A stretch of DNA of 64,000 nt from Anthoceros angustus (lineage: Eukaryota; Plantae; Anthocerotophyta), in NCBI GenBank assembly GCA_010909165.1, contig MU008193.1, forward strand, positions 124,001-188,000. The letters run 5' to 3'. The notes under the pieces were generated by a model. It made no database searches. It was given only the letters and a program-made list of their open reading frames with translations, and had not been told where the DNA came from. Positions 24,302 to 36,779 of this stretch are shown here, piece after piece (the first letter of the stretch is position 1; every line of letters starts with the position of its first letter). A program made the translations under genes and the position numbers.

Positions 24302-24699
24302 CTCGCAGCTCTCTCTCTCGCTTTGCTCAAACGCATGACCTGTCCAACTTGCGCAGCCGCTGGAAGACGAAGAAGACGAACCTCAACCTGTGCAGCCACT
24401 ACATCTCTCGCTTTTGACGTCCGTTACGGATGCAACCATGACATATCTAGAAAGATTATTTAGAGGACTGATGTTTAGTTCAACAAAGATGCCCATGTGT
24501 ATGTGTGAGAGGTGTGGCTCTTCCCTTGAGCGGGCAGGTCACTACACATACATAGCCTTAATCCTTGGATGTTATTTTTGTTTTTGAAAAATAATAAAAA
24601 AATTAAAATAAAACAGAAATCCTAAACTATCACGCTAGCCCGGAGACTTGTAAAGCATTAATAGTTACTAAAGGAGAAACAACAAGCCACCATCCTCAC

Positions 24700-25103
24700 C
24701 AAGGTGTCATTTTGACCCCGTCCCAAGCTCGGTCCCGGTCCCGGCATGTGTTAAAAAAACCATGGGACCGGAGGTTCTTCAGGAGTCCGGTCCCCACCCT
24801 CGGTCCCCGAAAAGATAGGGGACCGAGGGTTCATAAAAGGTCCGTTTAAAATTAATAAATTATTTAATTTTATATCCAAAGATTTATATTTATTATAAAT
24901 ACATGGACCCATCTTATAATTAATATGATCATAAAGAATTTTACTAGATATTTTTATTTTTATATTATTATTATAAATTATTTATTTAATATTTATTATA
25001 TTTAGTGACCAAGGGTCGCAAAAGGCACGGCCCTCGCCGTCCGGACCGAAAGGTAGCTAAGAAGGGTCCGGATGAGCTAGTACTCGGTCAAAATGACACC
25101 CTG
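24700..25103. mobile_element. hAT-type MITE, 404 bp
   Basis: 18-bp TIRs CA(A/G)GGTGTCATTTTGACC, perfect 8-bp TSD ATCCTCAC (24692-24699, 25104-25111), AT-rich core, and GGTCCC/GGGACC subterminal motifs. Confidence 0.92.
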
Positions 25104-25949
25104 ATCCTCACTTTTAAAAAAAATGCACTTACTGAAAATGCACATAGGAAGGCACTTTGATTTGATGCCCAGACAATTGGACATGTAAATGAGAACAGAT
25201 TTTCTTTTTTTTGGTTTGATATAATCTCCATAATGTTAAAGCCCAAAAGTGTAACAACACATCATGATTAGAAAGTTGTGAGATCGAAGACCAAAGCCCA
25301 AGTGAACCACGGACTGAAGGTGAAGTAGTGTTCAAATAGGCTAGAGAATGAGACTATATAAGTCAGCATCTTAGAAAGTATAAGGTAAGCTAAAAAAGCT
25401 AAGTAAATAAGTAAGCTAAATAAGATAATTATCAAGCTAGCAAGTAAGTAAACTAGAGAGAACTTTTGAGGTTCTATAGATTTTCTCTTAACAAAGATAT
25501 TTCTCAATTTCTAACATGGTATAAATTGAGAAGTTAGAAGTCTCTTTCATAGTGGGCTGAGAGCCAAGCTTAAGGGTGAATCATTCTCAGAGCATGGTTT
25601 TAGAGACCTCTGTAGGGTTCTTGAAGGGTCCTAAACACTAACTTGCGTGGGACACTTGTGCCTTGCCTTCATATTGCCTAGTTGTTATGATTAGCTACCT
25701 TCAGTGCCTGTAATTTCAAGCATGTGTGCAATTGTGTGAAGCTTAGTATTAGTCATCATGGTGCAAGGAGCTTTAGTCCTGTGTTAAGTAGCATGGCTTC
25801 ATCAAGCATGCATGCTACATATCAAGTGGACTAGACGTTTGATGAGAAAATAATTTATAGTTTGGAAGCAAAATTTAAAAATGTTTCCCATCAAATTGAC
25901 ACATTTTTTAATCAAGTTCATAGAAACTAGACTCTTAGCTTGCTAGCCG

Positions 25950-26650
25950 ATGTGGAGAAAGGAAGGAGGTTCATGCACAAATTAGAGAACGAGGACATAA
26001 ATACATCGATGAAGCCGATGTATTCATGTATAAGCAGCGAGTTCAACAAGCATATAATAAGTCAAGATGTGGTAGATTAGAGGGTGCTCAGCGAGTGTCT
26101 ATTCAAATAGTGGGTTGAGGTGATGTGCTCATAGCCCGCAGTTTGATAGCCATGTACTCCTTCAAAGTGTAGGAGCATGGATGAAGCACACCAGGTTTTT
26201 GAGGCTTGCCGGAGAGAACATACATTAGTCTAGGCATATGACATGGATGTGATAATTCATCTAGTATTCGTTTTTGTAGTGATTAGGTTTTATTCGAGGT
26301 GGGAGGTAAGTCTTCCATAACATTCACTCTAAAGTCACCTTGGTGGTCGTGCCAATCATGGCGAAGGTTGGACACCAGCAGCTTGGACACTACACTACCG
26401 ATTTGATAATTCTGATCTCTGCTGCTCAAATCCTTAGGACACATGTGGTTAGCCTTCCGCTGTCGTGTGTGTTTGCCGATAAGATTCTGCTAGAGTACAA
26501 GGTTGTCCGTTCCTATTTAACCTCGCTTGATCCAGCTGCTGGTATCCAGCCAAGGATCGAGGCGGTAGAGGCTCTTGCCCACAAACGGCTTGTAGGGGCA
26601 GGGGGAAGCCCTCTACGGTTTTTTGTGCTGGCCTCTTTTGATGGAGAAAA
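25950..26650. pseudogene. Third degraded PPR fragment (+) followed by a copy of the F-box 3' end (-)
   Basis: 25955-26230 matches 22490-22790. 26540-26640 (ATCCAGCCAAGGATCGAGGCGGTAGAGGCTCTTG) matches the F-box C-terminus at 23115-23200. Confidence 0.75.
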
Positions 26651-26819
26651 GGAGTCGTCCAAAACTCTGGAGTGTGCACTAAGGGCATGAGCTGAACCCT
26701 TGTCCGAACCCCGGGACAGAAGAACACATGTATGGGCGCGCCTCCCAAAGCATGTGGGCCTCACGTCATGCCCATTACACATACACACATGTAGATATGT
26801 ACAATCGTCTTATCCGACT

Positions 26820-27200
26820 CGCCTTTGGCACTTGCAGTTGGCCGTCGGTGCTGGCTCCAGGGTAAGGACGAAGCGTCGGCGAGGACTACTCCTCACCCAA
26901 CAAATTGGTGTGTGTACAAGGGCTCTACCAAGAGTTCCCGCTCACCTCGCCTCACGGAGTGCAAGCAAGCAAGCCTCAAGGTACTGCAGTGTAAGGAGCC
27001 CAGCATTTCCACTTCCACTTCCGATTCCGAGAAATTTTGTGGGTGGGGACGGGACGACTCCGCAGCTGGTTGTTGCAGTTGTAAGTCTGCCCAATGCTCA
27101 ACTGTGTTCGACACAATGTGGGCATGGCTTTCACGGTGAATGTGCTTGCTTAACTACAGCGCTGTTCAAAGGCAAGCATGAACATCGATTGCTAACACTG
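26820..27200 (+). pseudogene. Collapsed PPR-DYW gene: 5' leader fused directly to the last DYW codons and 3' flank
   Basis: The leader (…GAGAAATTTTGTGGGTGGGGACGGG) is followed within ~10 nt by CGCAGCTGGTTGTTGCAGTTGTAAG (AAGCCSCK) and an array-type 3' flank. Confidence 0.85.
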
Positions 27201-27641
27201 CTCCACCTCGGATCGTAACAGAGATGGGTCACCAAAATCGAATGGATCACTCTCTTTTTGAAGGAATTTTAGGCCTATTTGCTTATTTGCTTTGTGAACC
27301 CTTAACCAAGACCAGTTCACTCACAGGTTTCTGTCCAAAACTCTCCGGGGGAATATCACCATAAAAAAAAAATGGTTGGTTTGTACTAGGTATTGAGGTA
27401 TGTATGCTGTGCTGCATGAGCTACAGGATGTGGGCCCCACATCATGTCCATGGGCCATGAGGCCATGAGGCCATGATGCATATATGTTCACGCTCCCAGT
27501 TTGTATCGCAGTTGGCCTACGCCGTCCCAGTTCAAGCTCTCCAACGAAGTGGTGTGTGTACGGGGATCCTAGGAGGAGGCATTGTTGTTCGCAACTGGAG
27601 TTGGCGTACGCCGTCCCGGTGCTCGCTCAAGGGTGAAGGCG

Positions 27642-30134
27642 ATGCGTCGGCGGGGACTGTTGCTCACTCCTCAGATTGGTTTGTGTACAAGGATTCTACG
27701 AGGGGTTCCCGCTCACCTAGCCTCAGGGAGTGAATTCCCAGCAAACAAGCAAGCCTCCAGGTGCAGCAGTGTAAGGAGCCCAGCACTTCCACCTCCGAGA
27801 GATTGTGTGCGTGGGGAAGGGTTATCCGGCCATGGTGGTCGCCAGGAGCAGGAGGAGAAGCAGGAGCAGCAGCACAGGTGGCAACAATTTTTTCTGGACC
27901 CTACCATGTGGTGGGACAACAGACGAGATAAGAAGAGCTCCCGTTCGCCTGACTTCCGGCGTAAGGGCTCCGGGGAGGTGCTGTGGCTGAACAACATGTT
28001 TAAGCCAGCTTGGGTTGATGAGCAGCTCGTTTCCTTGGATATGCAGATGGGTCATGGTGCCCCCTCGCCTCCTGAGTATAGCTGTCAGGGTAAACCTGAG
28101 CCTGGCAGGCGGGCAAGATCCGAAATGGGCGTCGTTACGGCTGTAACCGTGAGCAGGTTATGTCAGCAGGGGAAGCTCTCTGAGGCCGTTGGAGCCCTGG
28201 AGTATCTGGTGCTGACAGACTCTGCTATTTCTCAGTCTCTGTTGCACACTGTGCTGAAACTGTGTGCGGCTAAGAAGGATCTGTTTATGGGGCGACGAGT
28301 TCATGACCTCGCTGTCAAACTCGGGCACGAGTCGGATGCTTTCTTGGGGAACCATATCTTGCGCATGTATGCATGTGGAGGTAGTCTGCACGAGGCGATG
28401 GATGTGTTCAGCAGGGTGGTCAAACCAAATGCCTTCATGTGGTCTTCCATAATCTCCGCTTATGCTAAGCATGGGAAACCTAGGGAGGCTATACAACTGT
28501 ACCATGAGATGCGTAGGTCAGGAGTGAAGGCGGATGGCCATGTTTTTGTAGCTGCCCTTCAAGCTTGTGCATTTGCCGCTGACTTGGAATCTGGCAAAAA
28601 AGTGCACTGTGATGTTGTGCACAGTGGCACTGCCCCTGACGTGTTTGTCGGCAACTGCCTTGTGGAGATGTATACAAAGTGTGGTGAAATGAAAGATGCT
28701 CGCCAGGTTTTTGACAGCATGGCCTCAAAGAATGTGGTGACATGGACAACCCTGATTGCTGGGTATGCAAAATGTGGTGAACTGAAATATGCACGCCAGG
28801 TTTTTGACAGCATGGCCTCAAAGGATGTGGTGACATGGAATGCCCTGATTGCTGGGTATGCAAAATGTGGTGAACTGAAATATGCACGCCAGGTTTTTGA
28901 CAGCATGAACACAAAGAATGTGGTGACATGGAATGCCCTGATAGCTGGGTATGCACAGCAAGGGCTAGGACATGAGGCGCTTGTTCTGTATGGACAAATG
29001 GAGCAGGAGGGCCTCATTTTGGCTGACCATGTTACTTTTGCTTGCCTTCTGAAGGCCTGTGCAAGCACTGGTGCCTTACAGAAGGGCAGGCAGCTGCACT
29101 CACAGATTGTGGAAAGAGGACTGCTGGATGACGTAGTGTTGGGCACCTGCCTGGTGGACATGTATGCAAAATGTGGTGAACTGAAAGATGCACGCCAGGT
29201 TTTTGACATGGCCAAAGGATGTGGTGACATGGAATGCCCTGATATCTGGGTATGGTACTTGTGATGAAGGTCACAAGGCACTAGCTTGTTTTGAGGAGAT
29301 GTTAGTTGCCGGTATTCAGCCTGATGGTGCTACTTTTACTTGCCTTCTAGTAGCATGCAGTCATGAGGACTGGTCCATGAGGGTCGCAAGCACTTTGATT
29401 CCATGGCTGAACAGCATGGCATCAAACCCACTATTGAGCATCACAACTGTATGGTTGATCTTCTTGGGCGTGCGGGCCATTTAGATGAGGCAGAGAAGAT
29501 GCTTTTATCATGTGAGGGCCAAAGTGATGTCGTGGGGTTGATGTCTTTGCTAAATTCTTGCAAAAGTCATGGGGATATAGAAAGGGCGATGAGGTGTTTT
29601 GAAAGCATTGTTAGATTGGACCCCCAGCAGGCCCCCGCTTACGTACTTATGGCCAATGTCTATGCAGACGCAGGTAGGTGGACAGATGTAGATAGAATTG
29701 AAGCACAGAGAGTGGTAGCAGGAGCTAATAAGAAACCTGCAGTGGCGACCATCGAGGTGAATAAGGAGGTACATAGATTTTTGGTAGGAGAGAGGAGAGA
29801 GGATATTGCGCTCAAGGTAGGGAGCACGAACACTCGGCTGAAGCAGGAAGGAGGGCATTTGCCTCACACAGAGTTGGTGCTGAAGCCAGTGTCTGAAAAG
29901 GAGAAGGAAGAGGTGCTTTGTGGGCATGCTGAGAAGCTAGCTCTGGCGTTTGGTCTGTTGAACACTCCGAGTGGGACACCTCTGGTGGTGACGAAGAATC
30001 TGCGCATGTGCAGTGACTGCCACAGTTCCACGGAGATTATGTCAAGGCTTGAACAGAGAGACATTGTTGTAAGGGATGGGTACCGTGTGCATCGATTCGC
30101 AGCTGGTTGTTGCAGTTGTAAGGGTCGACCGTGA
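27642..30134 (+). CDS. PPR-A: transit-like leader, PDF motif, PLS PPR array (incl. two SS motifs), P2-L2-S2-E1-E2, DYW:KP ending GRP; frameshifts at ~29210 and ~29370
   Basis: ORFs 27582..29264, 29188..29484 and 29403..30134 give KKPAVATIEV, CGHAEKLALAFG, RMCSDCH and GCCSCKGRP*. The true start may lie upstream of 27642. Confidence 0.92.
27879..28028 (+). other. OSB-type PDF motif in PPR-A (also B 30805-30954, C 33615-33764, D 37072-37221, E ~39507-39650)
   Basis: WQQFFLDPTMWWDNRRDKKSSRSPDFRRKGSGEVLWLNNMFKPAWVDEQL matches the recalled OSB PDF pattern WQxFFxxPxxWWDNRxxKxxxxxPDFKxKxxGExLWL…PxW. Confidence 0.85.
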
Positions 30135-30474
30135 GAAAAATGGAGGACTACCCAAAGTTCAACTGTGTAGGTATGCCAGAGACTAGGTCTTTCTTTCGGG
30201 GGTGAATGAGCTTGCCGAACTCCATCGCTGTCCAAAGGGAAGCATGAACACAGTTGGCTAACGCTGCTCCACCTCGGATCAGAACAGAGATGATCAAAAC
30301 CGAATGAATCTCTTTCTGAAGGAATTTTAGGCCTGTCTGATTTGTGAACACTTCACAAGCCAGTTTCTGTCCAAAACTTCGGAACCGGAAATTTTTCCTT
30401 TGAGGGTACACGAGAAAGAAATCGTTTCCGCGAGTCCACATCTAGGTATGGGCTGAATACGTGGGCCCCACATC

Positions 30475-32971
30475 ATGTCCACGGGCCTTGCCACATCTCT
30501 GTCCACGCTCCTCGTTGCACTTACAGTTGGCCTACGCCGTCCCAGTTCTCGCTCCAGGCTGAAGGCGATGCGTCGGCGTGGACTGTTGTGGACCCAACAG
30601 ATTGGAGTGTGTTCAGGGATTCTACAAGGAGCTCCTGCTCACCTCACCGCAGGGATTCAACCCCCGGCAAACAAGCAGGCATCCAGGTGCAGCAGTGTAA
30701 GGAGCCCAGCATTTCCACTTCCGAGAACGTGTGTGGGTGTGGACGGGTTATCCAGCGATGATCGTCTCCAGGAGCAGTACCAAGAGCAGGAACAGCAGCA
30801 CTTGTGGCAACAATTTTTCTTGGAACCTACCATGTGGTGGGACAACAGACGAGATAAGATGAGCTCCCATTGGCCTGACTTCCGGCGCAAAGGATCCGGC
30901 GAAGTGCTGTGGCTAAACAACATGTTTAAGCCAGCTTGGGTTGATGAGCAGCTTGTTTCCTTGGATGTGCAGATGAGTCATGGTGCCTCTACTTCCAACT
31001 CAAGGTCCCCAGATAAGCATGAGCCTGGCAGGCGTGCACCAGCGGAAATGAGCGCCGTGACGGCTAGAACCGTGAGCATGTTATGTCAGCAGGGGAAGCT
31101 TTCTGAGGCCGTTGGAGCCCTGGAATATCTAGCGCAGACAGACTCTGCCATTTCTTTGTCTCTGTTTTACACTGTGCTAAAACTATGTACAGCTAAGAAG
31201 GATTTGGTTGTGGGGCGACGAGTTCATGATGTGACTGCCAAACTTGGGTATGAGTCGAGTGCATACTTGGGGAACCATATCCTGCGCATGTATGCATGTG
31301 GAGGGAGTCTGCAGGAGGCCATGAATGTGTTCACCAGGGTGGGCAAACCGAATGTCTTCATGTGGTTTTCCATAATCTCGGCACATGCTAAGCATGGGAA
31401 ACCCAAGGAGGCCATACAACTATACCATGAGATGCGTAGGTCAGGAGTGAAGGCTAATTGTCATGTCTTTGTAGCTGCCCTTCAGGCTTGCACATTTGCT
31501 GCCGATTTGGAATCTGGCAGAGAAGTGCACTGTGATGTGTTGCACAGTGGCGTTCCTCCTGACTTGTTTGTTGGCAACTGCCTGGTGGACATGTATGCAA
31601 AATGTGGCGACCTGAAAGATGCACGCCAGGTTTTTGACAGCATGGTCACAAAGGATGTGGTGACATGGACGGCGCTGATTGCTGGGTATGCACAGCAAGG
31701 GCTCGGACATGAGGCGTTGAATCTGTCTGGGCAAATGGAGCAAGAGGGGCTGGTTTTGGCTGACTATGTTACTTTTGCTTGCCTTCTGAAGGCCTGTGGA
31801 AGCACTGGTGCCCTACAGAAAGGCAGGCAGCTGCACTCGCAGATTGTCAAAAGAGGATTGCTTGATAAGATTGTGGTGGGCACCTGCCTGTGGAAGCACT
31901 GGTGCCCTACAGAAAGGCAGGCAGCTGCACTCGCAGATTGTCAAAAGAGGATTGCTTGATAAGATTGTGGTGGGCACCTCCCTTGTGGACATGTATGCAA
32001 AATGTGGTGAAGTGAAAGATGCACGCCAGGTTTTTGACAGCATGGTCACAAAGGATGTGGTGACATGGAATGCCCTGATATCTGGGTACGGGACTTGTGA
32101 TGAAGGTCACAAGGCCCTAGCTTGTTTTGAGGAGATGTTAGCTGCCGGTATTCAGCCTGATGATGCTACTTTTGCTTGCCTTCTAGTAGCATGCAGTCAC
32201 GAGGGACTGGTCGATGAGGGTCGCAAGCACTTTGCTTCCATGGCTGAACAGCATGGCATCAGACCTACTATTGAGCATCACATTTGTATGATTGATCTTC
32301 TTGGGCGGGCAGGCCATTTAGATGAGGCCGAGAAGATGCTATTTTCATGTAAGGGCGAAAGTGATGTTGTGGGGTTGATGTCTTTGCTGAATGCTTGCAA
32401 AATTCATGGGGATACAGAGAGGGCAGTGTGGTGTTTTGAAAGCATTGTTAGGCTAGACCCCCAGCAGGCGCCGGCATATGTGCTTATGGCTAATGCCTAT
32501 GCAGATGCAGGTAGGTGGACAGATGTAGATAGGATTGAAACACAGAGAATGGCAGCACGAGCTAACAAGAAACCTGCAGTTACGACCATTGAGGTGAATA
32601 ATGAGGTCCATAGATTTCTGGTGGGAGAAAGGAGAGAGGATATTGCCCTTAAGGTAGAGAGCACGAATGCACGTCTCAAGCAGGAAGGAGGCCACGTACC
32701 TCACACAAAGTTGGTGCTGAAGCCACTGTCTGAGAAGGAAAAGGAAGATGTGCTTTGTGGGCATGCTGAGAAACTAGCTCTGGCATTTGGTCTGTTGAAC
32801 ACTCCGAGTGGGACACCTCTGGTGGTGACGAAGAATCTGCGCATGTGCAGTGACTGCCACAGTTCCACGGAGATCATGTCAAGGCTTGAACAAAGAAACA
32901 TCGTCGTAAGGGATGGGTACCGTGTGCATCGATTCGAAGCTGGTTGTTGCAGTTGTAAGGGTCGACCGTGA
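30475..32971 (+). CDS. PPR-B: PDF-PLS-E-DYW:KP(GRP); frame broken only by a 94-bp tandem duplication at ~31795-31980
   Basis: ORF 30475..31959 (ATG start, R/S-rich leader) and ORF 31796..32971 ending EAGCCSCKGRP*. Confidence 0.93.
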
Positions 32972-33383
32972 GCATAATGGAGGACTATCCAGTGCTAAAC
33001 TGTTTCCGACAGAGAATGGGTGTTGTTTCGGGGTGAATGTGCTTGCTTAACGCCATCCCTTTCCAAATGTAAATGCGTATGAAGAAACTTAGATGGCTAA
33101 CACTGCTCCACGTTGGATCATAACAGAGATGATCAAAATCTAATGAATCCTTCTCTTCCTGAAGGAAGTTTTCGACGAGAACAGCTTGCACATGGCTTTC
33201 TGTGCAGACCTTCGACCTGGGTGTCTAACGAAACACTGTTTGCGCTATGCTTCTACCACTTTCATATGGGCCCCACGTCATGCCCATGATACATCCAATA
33301 TGTTCACAACTTCACATCCCGCGCACCCTGTTGGCAGTTGCAGTTGGCCGAAGCCGTCCTAATTCTTGTTCCAGACTACGGCG

Positions 33384-36300
33384 ATGCGTCGACGGGGATC
33401 ATTGTGGACCCAACAAATTGGTGAGTTTACAAGGATACTACGAGGAATTCCCGCTTACCTCACCTCAGGGAGTCATTCCCCGGCAAACAAGCAAGCCTTC
33501 AGGTGCAGCAGTGTTAGGAGCCAAGCACTTCCACTTTCGAGAAATTGTGTGGGTGTGGACGGGTTATCCAGCCATGGTTGTCGCCAGGGGCAGGAGCAGG
33601 AGCAGCAGTACTTGTGGCAACAATTTTTTCTGGACCCTACCATGTGGTGGGACAACAGACGAGATAAGAAGAGCTCCGGTTCCCCTGACTTCCGGCGTAA
33701 GGGGTCCGGCGAGGTGCTGTGGTTAAGCGACATGTTCAAGCCAGCTTGGGTGGATGAGCAGCTCGTTTCTTTAGATATGCAGATGGGTCATGGTGCCTCT
33801 CCTTCCGGGTCCAGCTCTCCGTATAAGCCTGAAGCTGGCAGGCGTGCAGGATCGGAAATGGAAGCCGTAACGGCTGTGACCGTGAGCACGTTATGTCAGC
33901 AGGGGAAGCTTTCTGAGGCCGTTGGAGCCCTGGAATTTCTGGCGCATACAGACTCTGCTATTTCTGTGTCCCTGTTTTGCACTGTGCTGAAACTGTGTAC
34001 AGCTAAGAAAGATTTGGTTTTGGGGCAACGAGTTCATGATCTCAGTGTCAAACTTCGGTACGAGTCGAATGCGTACTTGGGGAACCATCTCTTGCGCATG
34101 TATGCATGTGGAGGTAGGCTAGAGGAGGCCATGGATGTGCTGACCAGGGTGAGCAAACCAGATGCCTTCATGTGGTCTTCCATTATCTCCGCGTATGCTA
34201 AGCATGGGAAACCTGAGGTGGCCATACAATTGTACCATGAGATGCGTAGGTCAGGAGTGAAGGCAGATGCTCACGTCTTTGTAGCTGTCCTTCAAGCTTG
34301 TGCATTTGCGGCCGACTTAGAATCTGGCAGAAAGGTGCACTGTGACGTGTTGCACAGTGGCATTCCTCCTGACTTGTTTGTTAGCACCTGCCTTGTGGAC
34401 ATGTATGCAAAATGTGGTGAACTGAAAGGTGCAAGCAAGGTTTTTGACAGCATGCCAATAAAGAATGTGGCGACATGGAATGCCCTGATAGCTGGGTATT
34501 CCCAGCAAGGGCTCGGACATGAGGCCCTTGTTGTGTATGGACAAATGGAGCAGGAGGGCCTGCTTTTGGCTAACCATGTTACTTATGTCTGCCTTCTGAA
34601 TGCCTGTGGAAGCACTGGTGCTTTACAGAAGGGTAGACAGCTGCACTCATTGCTTGTCGAAAAAGCATTGCTCGATAACGTAGTGGTGAGCACCTCCCTG
34701 GTGGACATGTATGCAAAATGTGGTGAAGTGAAAGATGCACGCCAGGTTTTTGACAGCATGGTCACAAAGGATGTGGTGACATGGAATGCCCTAATATCCG
34801 GGTATGGTAATTGTGATGAAGGTCACAAGGCACTAGCTTGTTTTGAGGAGATGTTAGGTGCTGGTATTCAGCCTGATGGTGCTACTTTTGCTTGCGTTCT
34901 AGTAGCATGCAGTCATGAGGGACTGGTAGATGAGGGTCGCAAGCACTTTTATTCCATGACTGAACAGCATGGCATTAGACCTACTATTGAGCATCACAAT
35001 TGTACCATGAGATGCGTAGGTCAGGAGTGAAGGCAGATGCTCACGTCTTTGTAGCTGCCCTTCAAGCTTGTGCATTTGCGCCGACTTGGAATCTGGCAGA
35101 AAGTGCACTGTGATGTTGCACAGTGGCATTCTTCCTGACTTGTTTGTTGGCACCTGTCTTGTGGACATGTATGCAAAATGTGGTGAACTGAAAGATGCAA
35201 GCCAGGTTTTTGCCAGCATGCCATCAAAGAATGTGGTGACATGGAATGCCCTGATAGCTGGCTATTCCCAACAAGGTCTTGGACATGAAGCACTTGTTGT
35301 GTACGGACAAATGGAGCAGGAGGGCCTGCTTTTGGCTAACCATGTTACTTTTGCTTGCCTTCTTAGGGCCTGTGGAAGCACTGGTGCCTTACAGAAGGGC
35401 AGGCAGCTGCACTCATTGTTGGAAAGGACTGCTGATAACGTAGTGGTGGGCACCTGCCTGGTGGACATGTATGCAAAATGTGGTGAACTGGAAGATGCAC
35501 GCCAGGTTTTGACAGCATGCACAAAGGATGTGGTGACATGGAATGCCCTGATATCTGGGTATGGTACTTGTGATGAAGGTCACAAGGCACTAGCTTGTTT
35601 TGAGGAGATGTTAGTTGCCGGTATTCAGCCTGATGGTGCTACTTTACTTGCCTTCTAGTAGCATGCAGTCATGAGGGACTGGTAGATGAGGGTCGCAAGC
35701 ACTTTTATTCCATGACTGAACAGCATGGCATTAGACCTACTATTGAGCATCACAATTGTATGATTGATCTTCTTGGGCGTGCGGGCCATTTAGATGAGGC
35801 ACAGAAGATGCTTTTGTCCTGTGACAGCCAAAGTGATGTCGTGGGATATATCTCTTTGCTGAATGCTTGCAAAATTCATGGGGATATAGAGAGGGGGATG
35901 TGGTGTTTTGAAAGCATTGTTAGGCTGGACCCTCAGCAGGCGCCTGCATATGTGCTTATGGCCAATATCTACGCAGATGCAGGTAGGTGGACGGATGTAG
36001 ATAGGATTGAAGCACAGAGAATGGTAGGAGGAGCTAACAAGAAACCTGCAGTGGCGACCATTGAGGTGAATAAGGAGGTACATAGATTTCTGGTGGGGGA
36101 AAGGAGAGAGGATATTGCCCTCAAGCTAGAGAGCACGAATGCACGTCTCAAGCAAGAAGGAGGCCACGTACCTCACACAAAGTTGGTGTTGAAGCCACTG
36201 TCTGAGAAAGAAAAGGAAGATGTGCTTTGTGGGCATGCTGAGAAACTAGCTCTGGCGTTTGGTCTCTTGAACACCTGAGTGGGACACCTCTGGTGGTAAC

Positions 36301-36442
36301 GAAGAATCTACGCATGTGCAGTGACTGCCACAGTTCCACGGAGATCATGTCAAGGCTTGAACAGAGAGACATTGTTGTAAGGGATGGGTACCGTGTGCAT
36401 CGATTCGCAGCTGGTTGTTGCAGTTGTAAGGGTCGACCGTGA
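33384..36442 (+). CDS. PPR-C: PDF-PLS-E-DYW:KP(GRP) with a ~770-bp internal tandem duplication and several frameshifts
   Basis: ORFs 33366..35030, 35068..35658 and 35712..36278. GGT CGA CCG TGA lies at 36431-36442. Confidence 0.88.
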
Positions 36443-36779
36443 GAAAAACGAAGGACTGCCCAGTGTCACTGCGTGTGCTGGAGAATAGGTTTTGCTTTCC
36501 GGGTGAATGTGCTTGCCATAGCTGACAAACGGAAGCAAGAACAAACGTAGATGGCAAACACGGCTTCCTTGGTCAGAAATCAAAGATAGTTGATCAAATG
36601 AATCTCGCTCTTTCTGAAAAATGTTTTTGGCCGATGTGATTTGTGGCCAACAACAACAAACAGATCTGTTTCTGTCCAAATCGTCGAATCCATGGAAGTT
36701 GTTTTCCCTTTTTCTGCCCCCCACAGCATGCCGAAATTCATCTACATATTCATGTCCATAAACATATGTCTAAGCCGGA

